Source of the DNA: Eledone cirrhosa
Lineage: Eukaryota
Direction: 5' to 3'
Assembly (NCBI GenBank): GCA_964016885.1
Contig: OZ024762.1
Coordinates: forward strand, 25,606,001-25,670,000
Length of the DNA: 64,000 nt
Part shown: in pieces, positions 13,557-26,365 of the stretch
Layout: each line of letters starts with the position of its first letter
Position numbering within the stretch: the first letter of the stretch is position 1
Notes under the pieces: model-generated
Databases searched by the model: none
Seen by the model: only the letters and a program-made list of their open reading frames with translations
Told to the model about the DNA's origin: nothing
Position numbers and translations under genes: made by a program

Positions 13557-15181
13557 AACGTGCCAGGACTTTTCTTCTGAGCGCTAGATGAGTGCTCTCC
13601 GCCGACAAACAAATACCATAATATCTTCAACCGCCACACGGTGAAATTTTCCTTCTCCACAGCGCCTAATATGGCCGACTACATGGCTAAAACTAACGCG
13701 GTGAAGTTGGCGCATACTGGCCGTTAACCGCGGCGAAAGAGTGACCGTCTTTCGGAGCGCGGAGAACCAACCAGGGACCTGCCCTCAAATGATAACCCGG
13801 CCCCGAGGCGACCAGAGCGCCCCCGGAGGCCGATATGGTACAACACCAAGAGGAAAACAGTGGCATGGGGGAGACAATATTGTCGGCGTTACAACACCAT
13901 GAGAACCGTGAGAGGGCCATAACAGACCGATGCCTGGTCATCGGATGCACAAGAACTGACAGCAGAACTTGTAACTGTAGAGAGGGCACCCGGTGCCCCC
14001 TACAGGGAAAATGCACGATGAAAGACGTAATATACAAGTGTGTGGTTACAACCCAAAACGCGCATCGCACCAACATTGGCGCAACATCCACGACCTTTAA
14101 ATCGCGGATGTATAATCACACGAATTCCTTCAGGGACAGGAGCGAAAGGCACTCCACTAGGTTAGCGGATCTGGTGTGGGACCTGAAAGAAAAAGGCACT
14201 CCGTACGCCCTGGAATGGAGTATCGTTCGCCACGCGAGGGAATATTCGGCCGGAAGTAGAAAGTGCCGAGTGTGCCTACACGAGGCCATGTAGATAGTCA
14301 GACTGAAGGATGACGCCGTCAACCTGAAGTCTGAAATTATCATGACATGCAGACACCAGAGAAGATGTACATTTGCAGCATGCAATCCTCCGGGTGACGC
14401 AGGCAGGGGGCATGGGAACGAGTACGCACAGACCCGATTGGCCCAACGGGAGTAGGGGACATGACGCCATGCCATGATGACGGTGTGCGACCCGTGAGGC
14501 AAACATATGTAAACCAGGGGCGCACCTGACCGAGCACACAACATTTGAAGATACTTCGCATGGGCCGGGACCGGCTAACACGGGGTCCACTGCCGCCCGG
14601 TCCTGTGCCCTAAACATATAGAACAGCACACCCCAGCCACGGTGCCATGCCCCATGGCGACCGGGACGAGCGTACCAATGAATGTATACCCCGTCAGTCG
14701 TAACTATATACTCTCCACCTTGTCCACTTTGGAACAATGAGTATTACTATCATTAAGTACCGTACTAAGAGTGAGAAATGAAATTTCGTTTCATTCTATT
14801 CCATGTATTGTTCTATTATTGTTCTGTTACTGTTACCTGTTCTACACACGGACACAGGTTTGCACCTCCTACTACCTGTGTGTAGTATGTCACATGGACA
14901 CACGCACCTTCTCCTGTGCCTCCCTCCTGTTTTTTTTATTTTACCTGTTTTTTTTTTATTTTACCTGTTTTTTTTTATTTTACCCCTCCTTTTATTCTAA
15001 CTATTTATGCAGTTACATACAGATTTTAATGTACACTAAAATATTGTAAATTTATTTACTTATTTATTTTGCTTTATTATCATATTGTGTTTATATTCGC
15101 GTGTTATTATGCGTGGACCTGTGCGTAGACATATGTTTGTGTGTGTGTGTGTGTGTAGATATGTATATATATATATATATA

Positions 15182-15520
15182 TGGAATAGAATGAAACGAA
15201 ATTTCATTTCTCACTCTTAGTACGGCACTTACTTAAATGTAAGTATGTATGTATGTATACGTACATACATATATGTATACAGGCGTACAGTAGTATGTAT
15301 ATATATACATACATGCACACATATATATATGCACGTATCGGTTTACCGAACATTTATTATAATGTTCGGTTTGTTTGTTTGTAAACAAACAAACAGCCCG
15401 AATTACGCCGTACAGTGTTTAGGCAACCACGTCACCTTTTTGTTCAACACTGACACAGGAACGATGTACTAGTTTCAAGCTTATTAGCTATCGTCAGCAT
15501 CGTATACCTTCCTGCCAGAT
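15182..15520 (-). mobile_element. Partial copy of the ~400-nt retrozyme-like unit, HHR at 15461-15503
   Basis: ACGATG-CTGACGA-TAGCTAATAAGCTT-GAAA-CTAG-TA-CATCGT; homologous to 19315-20310. Confidence 0.75.
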
Positions 15521-15972
15521 ATATATATACGTGAGTGTGTGCGGGGGGGGGGGGGTATATGGGCATGGGCGCGTGTGTGCATGAGCTTATATGCGCGTGT
15601 ATGTGCAGACATGTGCATGTATGTACATATGTGGCGGAAAATGTGTGTGTATGTGTGTATATGTATGTGTCTATGTGAATGTGCATATGTATGCATGTCT
15701 ATATATGTGTGCGTATGTACGTATAGCCACCTATGACTAGCTGTGTGTGTGGGGGTGAGTAAGCGTGCGCATATGTTTATGCGGGTATATACATATATGT
15801 ATATATATATATATGTGTATATATATATGTGCGGGTGCGGGTTTACATATATGTGGGCCTATATATGTGTGTATGTGTATCTGTGCATGCATGTAGGGGT
15901 TTATTTGCATCTCACATGTGTGCGGATGATTATATACGGAGTATATATGCTTTTTATTATTACTATTATTCT

Positions 15973-16165
15973 AGGGCGGTGGATTAACAATATCGGTAGA
16001 GGGTCGGACGCCATGCTTTGACGCATAGAGTTACGGCCCTTTCCATTCTGAGTTCAAAACCCGCCGAGGTTAACTTTGCCTTTCCTCCTTACGGGGTCGA
16101 TAAAATAAAGTACCAGTAATACACTGGGTAATTGCTGGCCTTGTGCCAAAATTAGATAAAATTAT
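15973..16165 (+). mobile_element. tRNA-derived SINE
   Basis: A-box-like head, B-box GTTCAAAAC, core GCCGAGGTTAACTTTGCCTTT..GGGGTCGATAAAATAAAGTACCAG, (ATT) tail. Confidence 0.8.
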
Positions 16166-16312
16166 TACTATTATTGTTGTTGTATTACTTTATCACATAT
16201 CCTGTGTATATATTCGTATATGTATGTATGAATCTGTGTACATGTGTGTGTGGGTATGTATATGTATATGTGTATATATATATGGGGATATATAGATATA
16301 TATATGGGGATA

Positions 16313-16359
<47 letters not shown>

Positions 16360-16921
16360 CATATTGTATATTACATTGTATATGTTATATTCTATGTTAC
16401 AGTAATTTACCGTTAGTTTATGGTATATGGTTTTTTTTATTATATAATGTATCTTTAACTTTTAATTCAAGGTTTTGTCTATATTTGTATATGTGGAAGC
16501 ACATATGTGTGCAGGCAAATATATATATATATATGTATATGATATTGTATGTTATATTTTATATATTATATTTTATGTTACAGTAATGTACCGTTAGTTT
16601 ATGGTATATTGTTTTTTATTGTATAAATAATTATTATTTACGGTTTTGTTTATACTTGTATATGTGGAAGCACATATGTATGCGGGCAAATATGAATATG
16701 TGCAGGTGTATGCATGTGGCAGCACGTGTGCGTATGCATATATAGATGTATATATGTCGGCATATGCGTGGGTGTATATATATATATGTGTGTATATGTG
16801 TCACTGTGCGTATGCATGTTAGGTTGTTGTTTTTTTGTGTATGTATATATATATATATATATATATATACGTGTGTGTATGTAATATATAGATGTATGTA
16901 TATATGTCGGCGTACGCGTGG

Positions 16922-16953
<32 letters not shown>

Positions 16954-17292
16954 GTGTATATATGTGGCTGTGCGTATGCATGTTAGGTTGTTGTTTTTGT
17001 ATATATATATATATATGTGTGCGTATGTAATGTTTGTGTACGTATGCGTATTTTGTATATATGTGTGGGCATGTATGAGTATATATATATATATGTGTAT
17101 GTATGTATGTGTATGTATGTATATATATATGTACATGCATGTGTGTGTGTGTATATGTATGTATGTGCATGTATGTGTGTATGCATATATGTGTGTATGG
17201 ACGAGTGTGTGTATATATAGTTATATAAATATATATAAGATTGGGCGTATGTATGTGTGATCGCGTATGTATGTGTGTATATACATATATAA

Positions 17293-17357
<65 letters not shown>

Positions 17358-18002
17358 GAAACGCGTAGGTTACTTCCCTTGCTTTTATCGAGAATCTCAA
17401 ATTGTAATACGTGACGTATTCTATTCTATAGCGATTAGGTCTTCAAAATGTTTATTGTAAACATACGGAATATTTTCGAATATTCTGTGTTTATCTTCAC
17501 ATATATATATATATATATGTGTGTATATGTTTGAACAGGACATGCTTATTCCAACCGGATGTATGGGGCGATGTAAGCAGCCCCCACAAGGCTTGTGGTG
17601 ATATGTATCTACAAGTGGGTGTGACTGGGTCTGTGGAGGTGAGGGAGAGAGTATGTGTGTATATAGACATATATGTATGTGGGGGTGTCTGCGCATGTTG
17701 ACGTACGTGTGTGTATGCATAAATCGGTCGGTGTCTGCATGGGTGTGTGTGTATATTGGTATGTGAGGGTGCTTATTATGAGGTGTGAACAGACGTGTGG
17801 GATGCTGAACCCAGCATGACTCCATCGAAATGTGTCGGACGGAAAATGGCTGATGACCCGTGTGGCAGTAGATACTGACCAGAACTTGTGATGACGTGGA
17901 GTAAAAACAGCCAATGGAAGCACAGAAGTGGAAGTAGGTTTTTTTGAGGGTGTTTTTTTATGATAACACCCCAGTGATAAAATTTGCTCCTAACGAAATA
18001 CT

Positions 18003-18093
18003 CGTGTCTGAATGAACCTGCAGAAGTAGAATCAGCCGGATCCATACAAGGACCACCTCTCGAGCCTCCTGCCGGAGAAACAATTGTAACACG
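18003..18093 (+). ncRNA. Type I hammerhead with 8-nt core and extended stem II (mirror copy 13135-13225, -)
   Basis: CGTGT-CTGAATGA-(61 nt)-GAAA-CAATTG-TA-ACACG. Confidence 0.7.
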
Positions 18094-18242
18094 CAATAAA
18101 TTGAGTCCAGATGCATCACTGATTTTTCGTTTTCTTTATAATATCTACACTCCACTCTGATGAATATCGAGTGCTAATTTTGGCATACCGCCTACGGAAG
18201 CACCATAGCTACACAACTATATACATATACACAACTATACAC

Positions 18243-18303
<61 letters not shown>

Positions 18304-18329
18304 CAACTATATATATATATATACACAAC

Positions 18330-18360
<31 letters not shown>

Positions 18361-18373
18361 ATACATATATATG

Positions 18374-18410
<37 letters not shown>

Positions 18411-18579
18411 GTATATATATGTATGTATATATATATATATATATACATATAGTAATAATAATAAATGTGAAGACAAAAATCCGAAAGGGGCTCGATAAGG
18501 ATAATTCGTCCCATACTTGTACCGCTAAAAATTGCAGCAGGTTTATGGGACTAAAGATTACGTATGGAGCCGAGAATAT

Positions 18580-19060
18580 TATATATAGAGTTATAAACTC
18601 AAAATAGTCTTTTATAATTAAATAGCTCATGTAATACAAATAAATATATGATAGGCGCTGTGACACATGTGCGTTCAACAACACATTTCACTCAGTCTTC
18701 TTAAGTATTTTGAAGTGAAACTTACCAATTTCTGGATACCCGCAGAAGAGCACAGGAATGGTAACTTTCATTTAATTGTTGCGAAACAAATTAAAAATGT
18801 GTCCGTATATCACGGCTATTGTCAATATAGGTTTGTTATTTTTATTGATTTATTATTTTAAATCGAGACAGGCAAACCGTATTATTTTACTTAGTATCTT
18901 TCAATCTAGCTAACTTGGTCATTTGCAATGCAAACACATGTATACTTGTATCAGTGTTTATCCCTCTCATATATTCATTTGTATTACACACCTCGGAAAC
19001 ATTCCTTTCTTTGAGCTATTTAATTGTAAAAGACTATTTGAGTTTATAACTCTATATATA
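18580..19060. mobile_element. TA-flanked element with ~50-bp terminal inverted repeats
   Basis: 18580-18629 is the reverse complement of 19012-19060. Confidence 0.55.
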
Positions 19061-19119
19061 ATATATATATATATGAGTTCAAATATAGTTTTCATTATGG
19101 AGTTTTAGCTACTACGCAA

Positions 19120-19268
19120 CCTCAGTGGATCCGAACAATCTAGCTGTTTTAACGAACAGAGCTATGCCGCCGGGGTCCTGACTCTTTTCCTATTACCCAC
19201 TTTACTAACCTAAGTATCGAGTATCCTGGTCCGTTATGGTCCACCTGTTTTCTTACCACACTTCTCTT

Positions 19269-19272
<4 letters not shown>
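19120..19272 (+). mobile_element. Diverged family B 3' end
   Basis: GGGGTCC..TTCCTATTACCCAC..TATCGAGTA..GTTATGGTCCACCTG..TTACCACA matches the 11770/44750 copies. Confidence 0.65.
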
Positions 19273-19314
<42 letters not shown>

Positions 19315-19317
<3 letters not shown>

Positions 19318-20308
19318 TATGTATACGTACATACATATATATATACAGACGTACAGTAGTATGTATATATATACATACATGCACACATATATATATGTAC
19401 GTATGGATTTACCGAACATTTATTATAATGCTCGGTTTGTTTGTAAACAAACACACATCCCAAATTAAGCCGTTCAACACTGACAAAGGAACGATGTACT
19501 AGTTTCAAGCTTATTAGCTATCGTCAGCACCGTATACCTTATTGCCAGATGATTGAACGTCTGAAAGTAAATACTTTCCTTATGCATATTAACGGCTGAG
19601 CAGCCTAATTTGCATATCGAGTGAGTTAATCGGCCGGGGTACCGAAAACGTTAAATGGAAAAAATGAAAAGACATTTCATTTCTCACTCTTAGTACGGCT
19701 GTTACTTAAATATAAGTATGTATACGTACATACATATATGTATACAGACATACAGTAGTATGTATATATATACATACATGCACACATATATATATGTACG
19801 TGTGGATTTACCGAGCACTTATTATAATGTGTATACATACTTATATTTAAGTAACAGCCGTACTAAGAGTGAGAAAGGAAATTTCGTTTCATTTTTTCCA
19901 TTTATCGTTTTCGGTGCGCCCGTCCGATTAACTGACTCGACATGCAAATTAGGCTGCTCAGCCGTTAATATGTATAAGGAAAGTATTTACTTTCAGACGT
20001 TCAATCATCTGGCAAGAAGGTATACGGTGCTGACGATAGCTAATAAGCTTGAAACTAGTACATCGTTCCTTTGTCAGTGTTGAACAAAAGGGCAACGATC
20101 GTTGCGAAACACTGTACTGCTTAATTCGGGATGTTTGTTTGTTTACAAACAAACCGAGCATTATAATACATACATATATATATATGTGTGTGCATGTATG
20201 TATATATATATACTACTGTACGTCTGTATACATATATGTATGTACGTATACATACTTATACTTTAGTAACAGCCGTACTAAGAGTGAGAAATGAAATTTC
20301 GTTATTCC

Positions 20309-20310
<2 letters not shown>
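19315..20310. mobile_element. Head-to-head pair of greater-than-unit-length copies of a ~400-415-nt HHR-containing tandem unit (retrozyme-like)
   Basis: HHR 19491-19533 (-) and 20024-20066 (+); direct repeats 19315-19430/19714-19830 and 19831-19890/20246-20305. Confidence 0.78.
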
Positions 20311-20368
<58 letters not shown>

Positions 20369-20372
<4 letters not shown>

Positions 20373-20745
20373 TTTGAGTTTATGTTGGTTGTATACCAAC
20401 ACCTCAGTATGCAGGCTGGAGCACTCGACTAAGTGCGCAGGTTGGTTTGGTTACTCCGGAGTAGTGTAAAATAAAGTTAAATAAAAGTCAAATGATTAAA
20501 ATTTAGCTTCGTTTATTACAGCTATATATATTTCAGTGACAGCCATCTTTGTCTGTGACCTCTTCAGGCAGTTTGAATTAGTATGGTATAGACAAGTACA
20601 TATGTAAACAACATATGTACTTGTCTATACCATACTAATTCAAACTGCCGGAAGAGGTCACAGCCAAAGATGGCTGTCACTGAAATATATATAGCAATAA
20701 TAAACTAAGCTAAATTTTAATCATTTTACTTTTATTTAACTTTAT

Positions 20746-20749
<4 letters not shown>
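20369..20749 (-). mobile_element. Fold-back mini-element with an HHR in each arm
   Basis: Inverted repeat 20467-20749; minus-strand HHR ACTGC-CTGAAGA-..-GAAA-TATATA-TA at 20518-20572; the plus arm has mutated CGGAAGA. Confidence 0.8.
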
Positions 20750-20782
<33 letters not shown>

Positions 20783-20786
<4 letters not shown>

Positions 20787-20967
20787 GAAAAGCTTCTACA
20801 GGACTAGAACTGTTTCATTCGTGAGAAATCATCAGGAAGCACCTGATTATTTCTCACGAATGAAACAGTTCTAGTCCTGTAGAAGCTTTTCTATATTAAA
20901 CATTTATAATCTGCTATGTATCGAGTACCTTACTTACTGTGGTTACCCCCGATTGTACAGGGAATAA

Positions 20968-20970
<3 letters not shown>
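20783..20970 (+). mobile_element. Fold-back mini-element family C with HHR
   Basis: Inverted repeat 20783-20896; GCTTC-CTGATGA-TTTCTCACGAAT-GAAA-CAG..CTG-TA-GAAGC at 20792-20840 (-). Confidence 0.8.
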
Positions 20971-21027
<57 letters not shown>

Positions 21028-21829
21028 TGTATGTTATATTTAAACTCAATTCTTTTTTTACTCGTGGTTCGAGTTTCAGTCTACTGTGATCGGCAGGCTA
21101 GACCTATCCTCTTTGGGACTGGTTCAATATTTTTTTTATAGCTAATTATTTTCATTGGTTCATCTCCAATGCAATTTATTGAAGCGTAAGATATGGTTGT
21201 TGTCGTTTCATTTTCCAAATAGTTGGTTTCTATTTATCATTGAATATCTTCGGTGATGTTTATCTGTATCGTTTTCAATTGGGCAACAAGATGTTAAAAC
21301 GGCTTCCTCCCCTCAACGTTAACCCAGAATAAAATTATCCTCCTCTTCTATATGTGATTCTGATCATATTCTAGAACAGACAGTATTCATTATCACTTTT
21401 GTTTGTTGTTAGTCCTGTAATATATTGAACATATACCTGGCTATCTATTTAAAAAAATATTCATTTAGCTGCAAATTTCGACTAAATTCGTTTAACGTAT
21501 TTCAATAAGATATTTGCATTTCAATTACTGTAAAAACAATTTAAATAAAAATAAATGAATATATTTGACATTAAATATTTGTAGTACAATAGCAAAATTG
21601 TAAAAGCGAAAATATGAAATTGCAATTTTTTTTTCTTTATAATTCTAATTATTTCTGTCTCTTATGCTATGATATTTGTGAGGGGCGGGAGGGGGGAGAA
21701 TGAATAATAGGTTCAACTGTATAGTTTTATTTTAAGTTTTAAACAACAATAACAGCAACAGCAACTATGACAATTACAACAACTACAACACGAATAAGGA
21801 ACATTCCTTGCAATGGTAACAATGATATA

Positions 21830-21835
21830 TTATAC

Positions 21836-21882
<47 letters not shown>

Positions 21883-22440
21883 TATATATGTATATTTATA
21901 TATGTACATACACACACACACATATATATATATATGTATGCATATTTACATATATACATATATATACATATATACACATACATAAACACACATATATACA
22001 CACATACATAAACACACATATATAAAACACATACACACTCATATATATATGCATATATATATATATATATATACATATATATATACATACATATACATCC
22101 ATATATACACATAAATACATATACATAAACACATACATATATATACGTATATACACATATAAATACATATATACACATACATACACATACATATATATAC
22201 ACACATACATATATATACACATACATACATATATATACACACACATATATATACATATATAGACATACATACTCATATGTACATTCTCATACATACAGGC
22301 ATATATATACATACATACAGACATATATATACACATACATACAGACATATATATATACACATACATACAGACATATATATATATACACACACATACATAC
22401 ACATATATTCAAAAACACACACACACACACATACATACAT
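21830..22440. repeat. Compound (TA)/(CA)/(CATA) microsatellite
   Basis: Direct reading. Confidence 0.9.
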
Positions 22441-23014
22441 CTGTTTATTTCTGACTGCTGTCTGGTGCCCCTCAAAAATTAGTGAACTTCACTCAGCCAT
22501 CAATCACGAAATTCACTTCCTTTTTCATTTTACATCAATCGCTTTCAAAATTTCTTTATTGCACTGCGAAAATTGTTTTCCTTTTAACTCTTGCCATAAA
22601 CCTGTCCTTCCCCGTTCGCTCCGCCATCTTTAAATTCCGAATTTATTTTCCTACTCTACTTCTGACAACTTATTTGATCGTTCTTATGATATAACCTTAA
22701 TCGACATTCAGGCACAATATTTCAAAACCAAATAGTCTCGCTGTGTTTTATTTTAGATTTGTTGTAGTTTTTGTTATTGTTGTTTTTGTTGTTGTTATTG
22801 GCATCATCACCATCATCATCATAATATTATTATTATTATAATATTATTATTATTATTATTATGGTAATGTAGAAGTGCATTTAAAATGGCCGACAACAGC
22901 GAAAGTTACCCCACTCAGCGCTCCTCCATTACAGATATTATTAAAATTAACACTAACATCGGCATTAAAAACTCCATTGAACCAAACTCCGAGAAAACAA
23001 ATACATTTAAACGT

Positions 23015-23392
23015 GAGAGGGGAGAGAGGGGGAAGAGAGAGGGGAAGTGAAAAAGAGAGGGTGGAAAGAGAGAAGGAAAAAAAGTTTGAAAGAGAGAGGG
23101 AACGAGGGTGAGAGAAGGAGAGCGAGAGTGAGGGAGAGAGAAAGTGAGAGGGTGCGAAAGAGTGAGAGGGTGAGAGGGTGAGAGAGAGAGAGGGTGAGAG
23201 GGTGAGAGAGAGAGAGGGTAAGAGAGAGAGAGTGAGAGGGCGAGAGAGAGAGAGTGAGAGGGCGAGAGAGAGAGAGTGAGAGGTTGAGAGAGGTAGACAG
23301 AGTGAGATAGTGAGAGTGAGAGGAAGAGTGAGAAGTTGAGAGAGGGCGAGTGAGAGAAACAGACAGATAGAGAGAAAGTGAGGGAAATAGAG

Positions 23393-23455
<63 letters not shown>

Positions 23456-23630
23456 GAGAGAGAGTGAGAGAGAGGGGGAGGGATATATATATATAGAGAG
23501 AGAGAGAATGAGTGTGAGCGAGAGAGAGAGAAAAAGAGAGGGAGAATGAGTGAGAGAGAGAAAGGGAGCGAGAGAGCAAGTGAGAGTTAGCGAGAAAGCG
23601 AGAGATTATTAGAGAAAGCGAGTGAAAGAG
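23015..23630. repeat. GA-rich tract with (GATA)n
   Basis: Direct reading. Confidence 0.9.
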
Positions 23631-23949
23631 AAACTAAAATGAAATGGGATTTAAACATTTAGGAACTAAAAAGAGAAATACTCATATTTATTCACCTTCC
23701 GAAAATTTCCCAAGTAGTTCTGTTAGAGATCGTTTAAAATTAATTCGTTATTGATTTCTTAGCAAAGCAGAAGGCAATTTTCTTCACCTAATTTTCGCTT
23801 TATTTTTATATTTTTTTCCTATTTCTTTCCTTTCCAGGCTCAAAGATCTCAATTTCGATTAGATGGTTGCCATAATTCATACATAAGCGTTTATTATTCT
23901 ACATATTCCGTCTTGGTTTAATCAGAAATGTTCATCTACAAATGATTAA

Positions 23950-24690
23950 TAATGGTTTTTACTATAGACTCAAGACCAACAATCTTGGGGGTGAAGGGAA
24001 AATTGATTAAATCGACCCAAGTGCATTACTGGTACTTTATTTTATCGACTCCGTAAGGATGAAAGGCAAAACTAACGTCGGAGGAATTTGAACTCAGACC
24101 GTGATGGGCCGCAACTCTATGTTCTAAAGCATAGCGACCGACTCTCTACCGTTACTGCCAATCCAAAGCTGGGTATAATAATTATTTCTACTTTTGGCAC
24201 AAAGCCAGCAATTATTCCAGTACATTACTGGTACTTTATTTTATGGATGAAAGGCAAAGTTAACCTCTGCGGGATTTGAACTCAGACCATAAAGGGTCGT
24301 AACTTTTTACTGCAAAGCATGGCGTCCAACCCTCTACCGATACTGCCAATCCACCGCCCTGGATATAATAATTGTTTCTACTTTTGGCACAAGGCCAGAA
24401 ATGACCCAGTGTATTACTGGTACTTTATTTTATCGACCCCGTAAGGATGAAAGGCAAAGTTAACCTCGGCGGGATTTGAACTCAGCCACAAAGCCACAAA
24501 GCCAACAATTTGGGGTGTGAAGGGAAAGTCGATTAAATCAACCTTAGTGCATTACTGATACTTTATTTTATCGACCCAGTAATGATGAAAGGCAAAGCTG
24601 ACCTGGGCGGAATTTTAACTCAAGACAGACAGGACCATAACTATGCCGCTTAGCATGTTGTACACACTCCACCGATTCTGTCGATTAATA
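23950..24690 (-). mobile_element. Tandem cluster of ~4 tRNA-SINE copies
   Basis: Repeated CTGGTACTTTATTTTATCGACCCCGTAAGGATGAAAGGCAAAGTTAACCTCGGCGGGATTTGAACTC. Confidence 0.85.
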
Positions 24691-25117
24691 ATGTGTGATA
24701 TTTATCACTCCAACTACAAAGTAATTTCGTGACAAAAATGGCCGCGCATTTCGGAAGCCATTTGCCTTTCAGCAACCACGTGATTGTGGCTTCGTTCCCC
24801 TTCCTTGCTCAGTCATTACTCTAGCATAAACACGAACTGATTAAGTAGAGAATATTATGTGAATACGTCGTAGCCGGCCTTATGTTTTTTTTTTAGAATT
24901 TCCCCAGTCCTCGTTTGAATGAATCCCTCCCCAAGTTTGGAGATGTTTCTAATAAACATCATGGGAGTTATCTTCCTTCCCCTGACGACTAAAGCACATA
25001 AAAGCATGTATAGACACACACACACCACACGCACACACACATAGTTGAAAATTAACAAACAGGACACAGGAGGCAATTATGTTTATGTATGATAGATAGA
25101 TAGATACACTTACACAA

Positions 25118-25148
<31 letters not shown>

Positions 25149-25180
25149 AATATATATAGAGAGAGGGGGGGCAGAGAAAT

Positions 25181-25231
25181 GGCTTCTACAGGACTAGAAC
25201 TGTTTCATTTGAGAGAAATCATCAGGGAGCC
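25181..25231 (-). ncRNA. Type I hammerhead (family C)
   Basis: GGCTCC-CTGATGA-..-GAAA-CAGTTCTAGTCCTG-TA-GAAGCC. Confidence 0.75.
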
Positions 25232-25318
25232 GACTATCCAAGTTATATATGCTACATAGTTACACTTACACACATAAATATATATATTTATATATATATT
25301 TATGTTAGTGTAACTATC

Positions 25319-25388
<70 letters not shown>

Positions 25389-25406
25389 GTAAGTGTATCT
25401 ATCTAT

Positions 25407-25451
<45 letters not shown>

Positions 25452-25612
25452 AAAGAGATCAATATATAATATTACGATCATACATCTTTCTCTCTCTCAT
25501 AAATATAAAGAAATATTATATATATATATACACACACACATATATATATATAAATATATATATGTATATATATACACACACACATATATATATATGTGTA
25601 TATATATATATA

Positions 25613-25694
<82 letters not shown>

Positions 25695-25732
25695 AACACA
25701 CACGCATATATATATATGTGTATATATATATA

Positions 25733-25772
<40 letters not shown>

Positions 25773-26165
25773 ATATTTATATTCGTGTAGTAGTAAGGTT
25801 ATAAATAAGAGAATGCTGTAGATAACTAATTGAACTTCTGTCGAAATTCAGTTTACCGGCTGTAAATTAGCTGAAAATGTGGCTTACATTCTATAGAAAA
25901 TACTTAAATACGTTTAGAAACAGTTTCAAAAGGGAATACAGAAATATAGATTTCAATGCAATCAAACGTTAGATGTACGAACATATATACATACATGCAC
26001 ATAAACACACATAGATATATACAGGAACACATACATAAATACATACACAAGCATAGCATATATACATATATGCATAGACAAGCTTAGATACATATATGCA
26101 TACACATGCATATATTCATACATACGCACACACGTATTTAAGTGAGTGTACTTATGTACTCGATA

Positions 26166-26365
26166 NNNNNNNNNNNNNNNNNNNNNNNNNNNNNNNNNNN
26201 NNNNNNNNNNNNNNNNNNNNNNNNNNNNNNNNNNNNNNNNNNNNNNNNNNNNNNNNNNNNNNNNNNNNNNNNNNNNNNNNNNNNNNNNNNNNNNNNNNNN
26301 NNNNNNNNNNNNNNNNNNNNNNNNNNNNNNNNNNNNNNNNNNNNNNNNNNNNNNNNNNNNNNNNN
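26166..26365. other. Assembly gap (200 N)
   Basis: N run. Confidence 0.99.

Larger units (their letters stand above)
13087..18218 (+). mobile_element. Hydra-clade-like PLE: inverted 5' pLTR (13087-13470), EN remnant (13555-14390), ~3.7-kb TG-rich 3' region with nested inserts, terminal HHR
   Basis: PPTNKYHNIFNRHTVKFSFSTAPN; CNCREGTRCPLQGKC; VIYKC..IGATSTTFKSR..NH; CRVC; 17755-18144 is the reverse complement of 13087-13470. Confidence 0.78.

Noticed and set aside
8289-14390. Selenocysteine read-through in PLE ORFs
   Set aside because: The disruptions I checked are frameshifts or stops in unconserved regions; no TGA at conserved Cys positions and no SECIS recognised.
15973-16070. tRNA gene
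   Set aside because: A/B-box-like head continues into the SINE core; no cloverleaf.
19942-19949. Octamer ATGCAAAT in the retrozyme-like unit
   Set aside because: A single 8-mer with no recognisable snRNA promoter context.
22440-24960. YY1/E-box/Hox-like motifs (CCGCCATCTT, AAAATGGCCG, CACGTG, GCCATAAA) in unique segments
   Set aside because: Short motifs expected by chance; no conservation or chromatin data.
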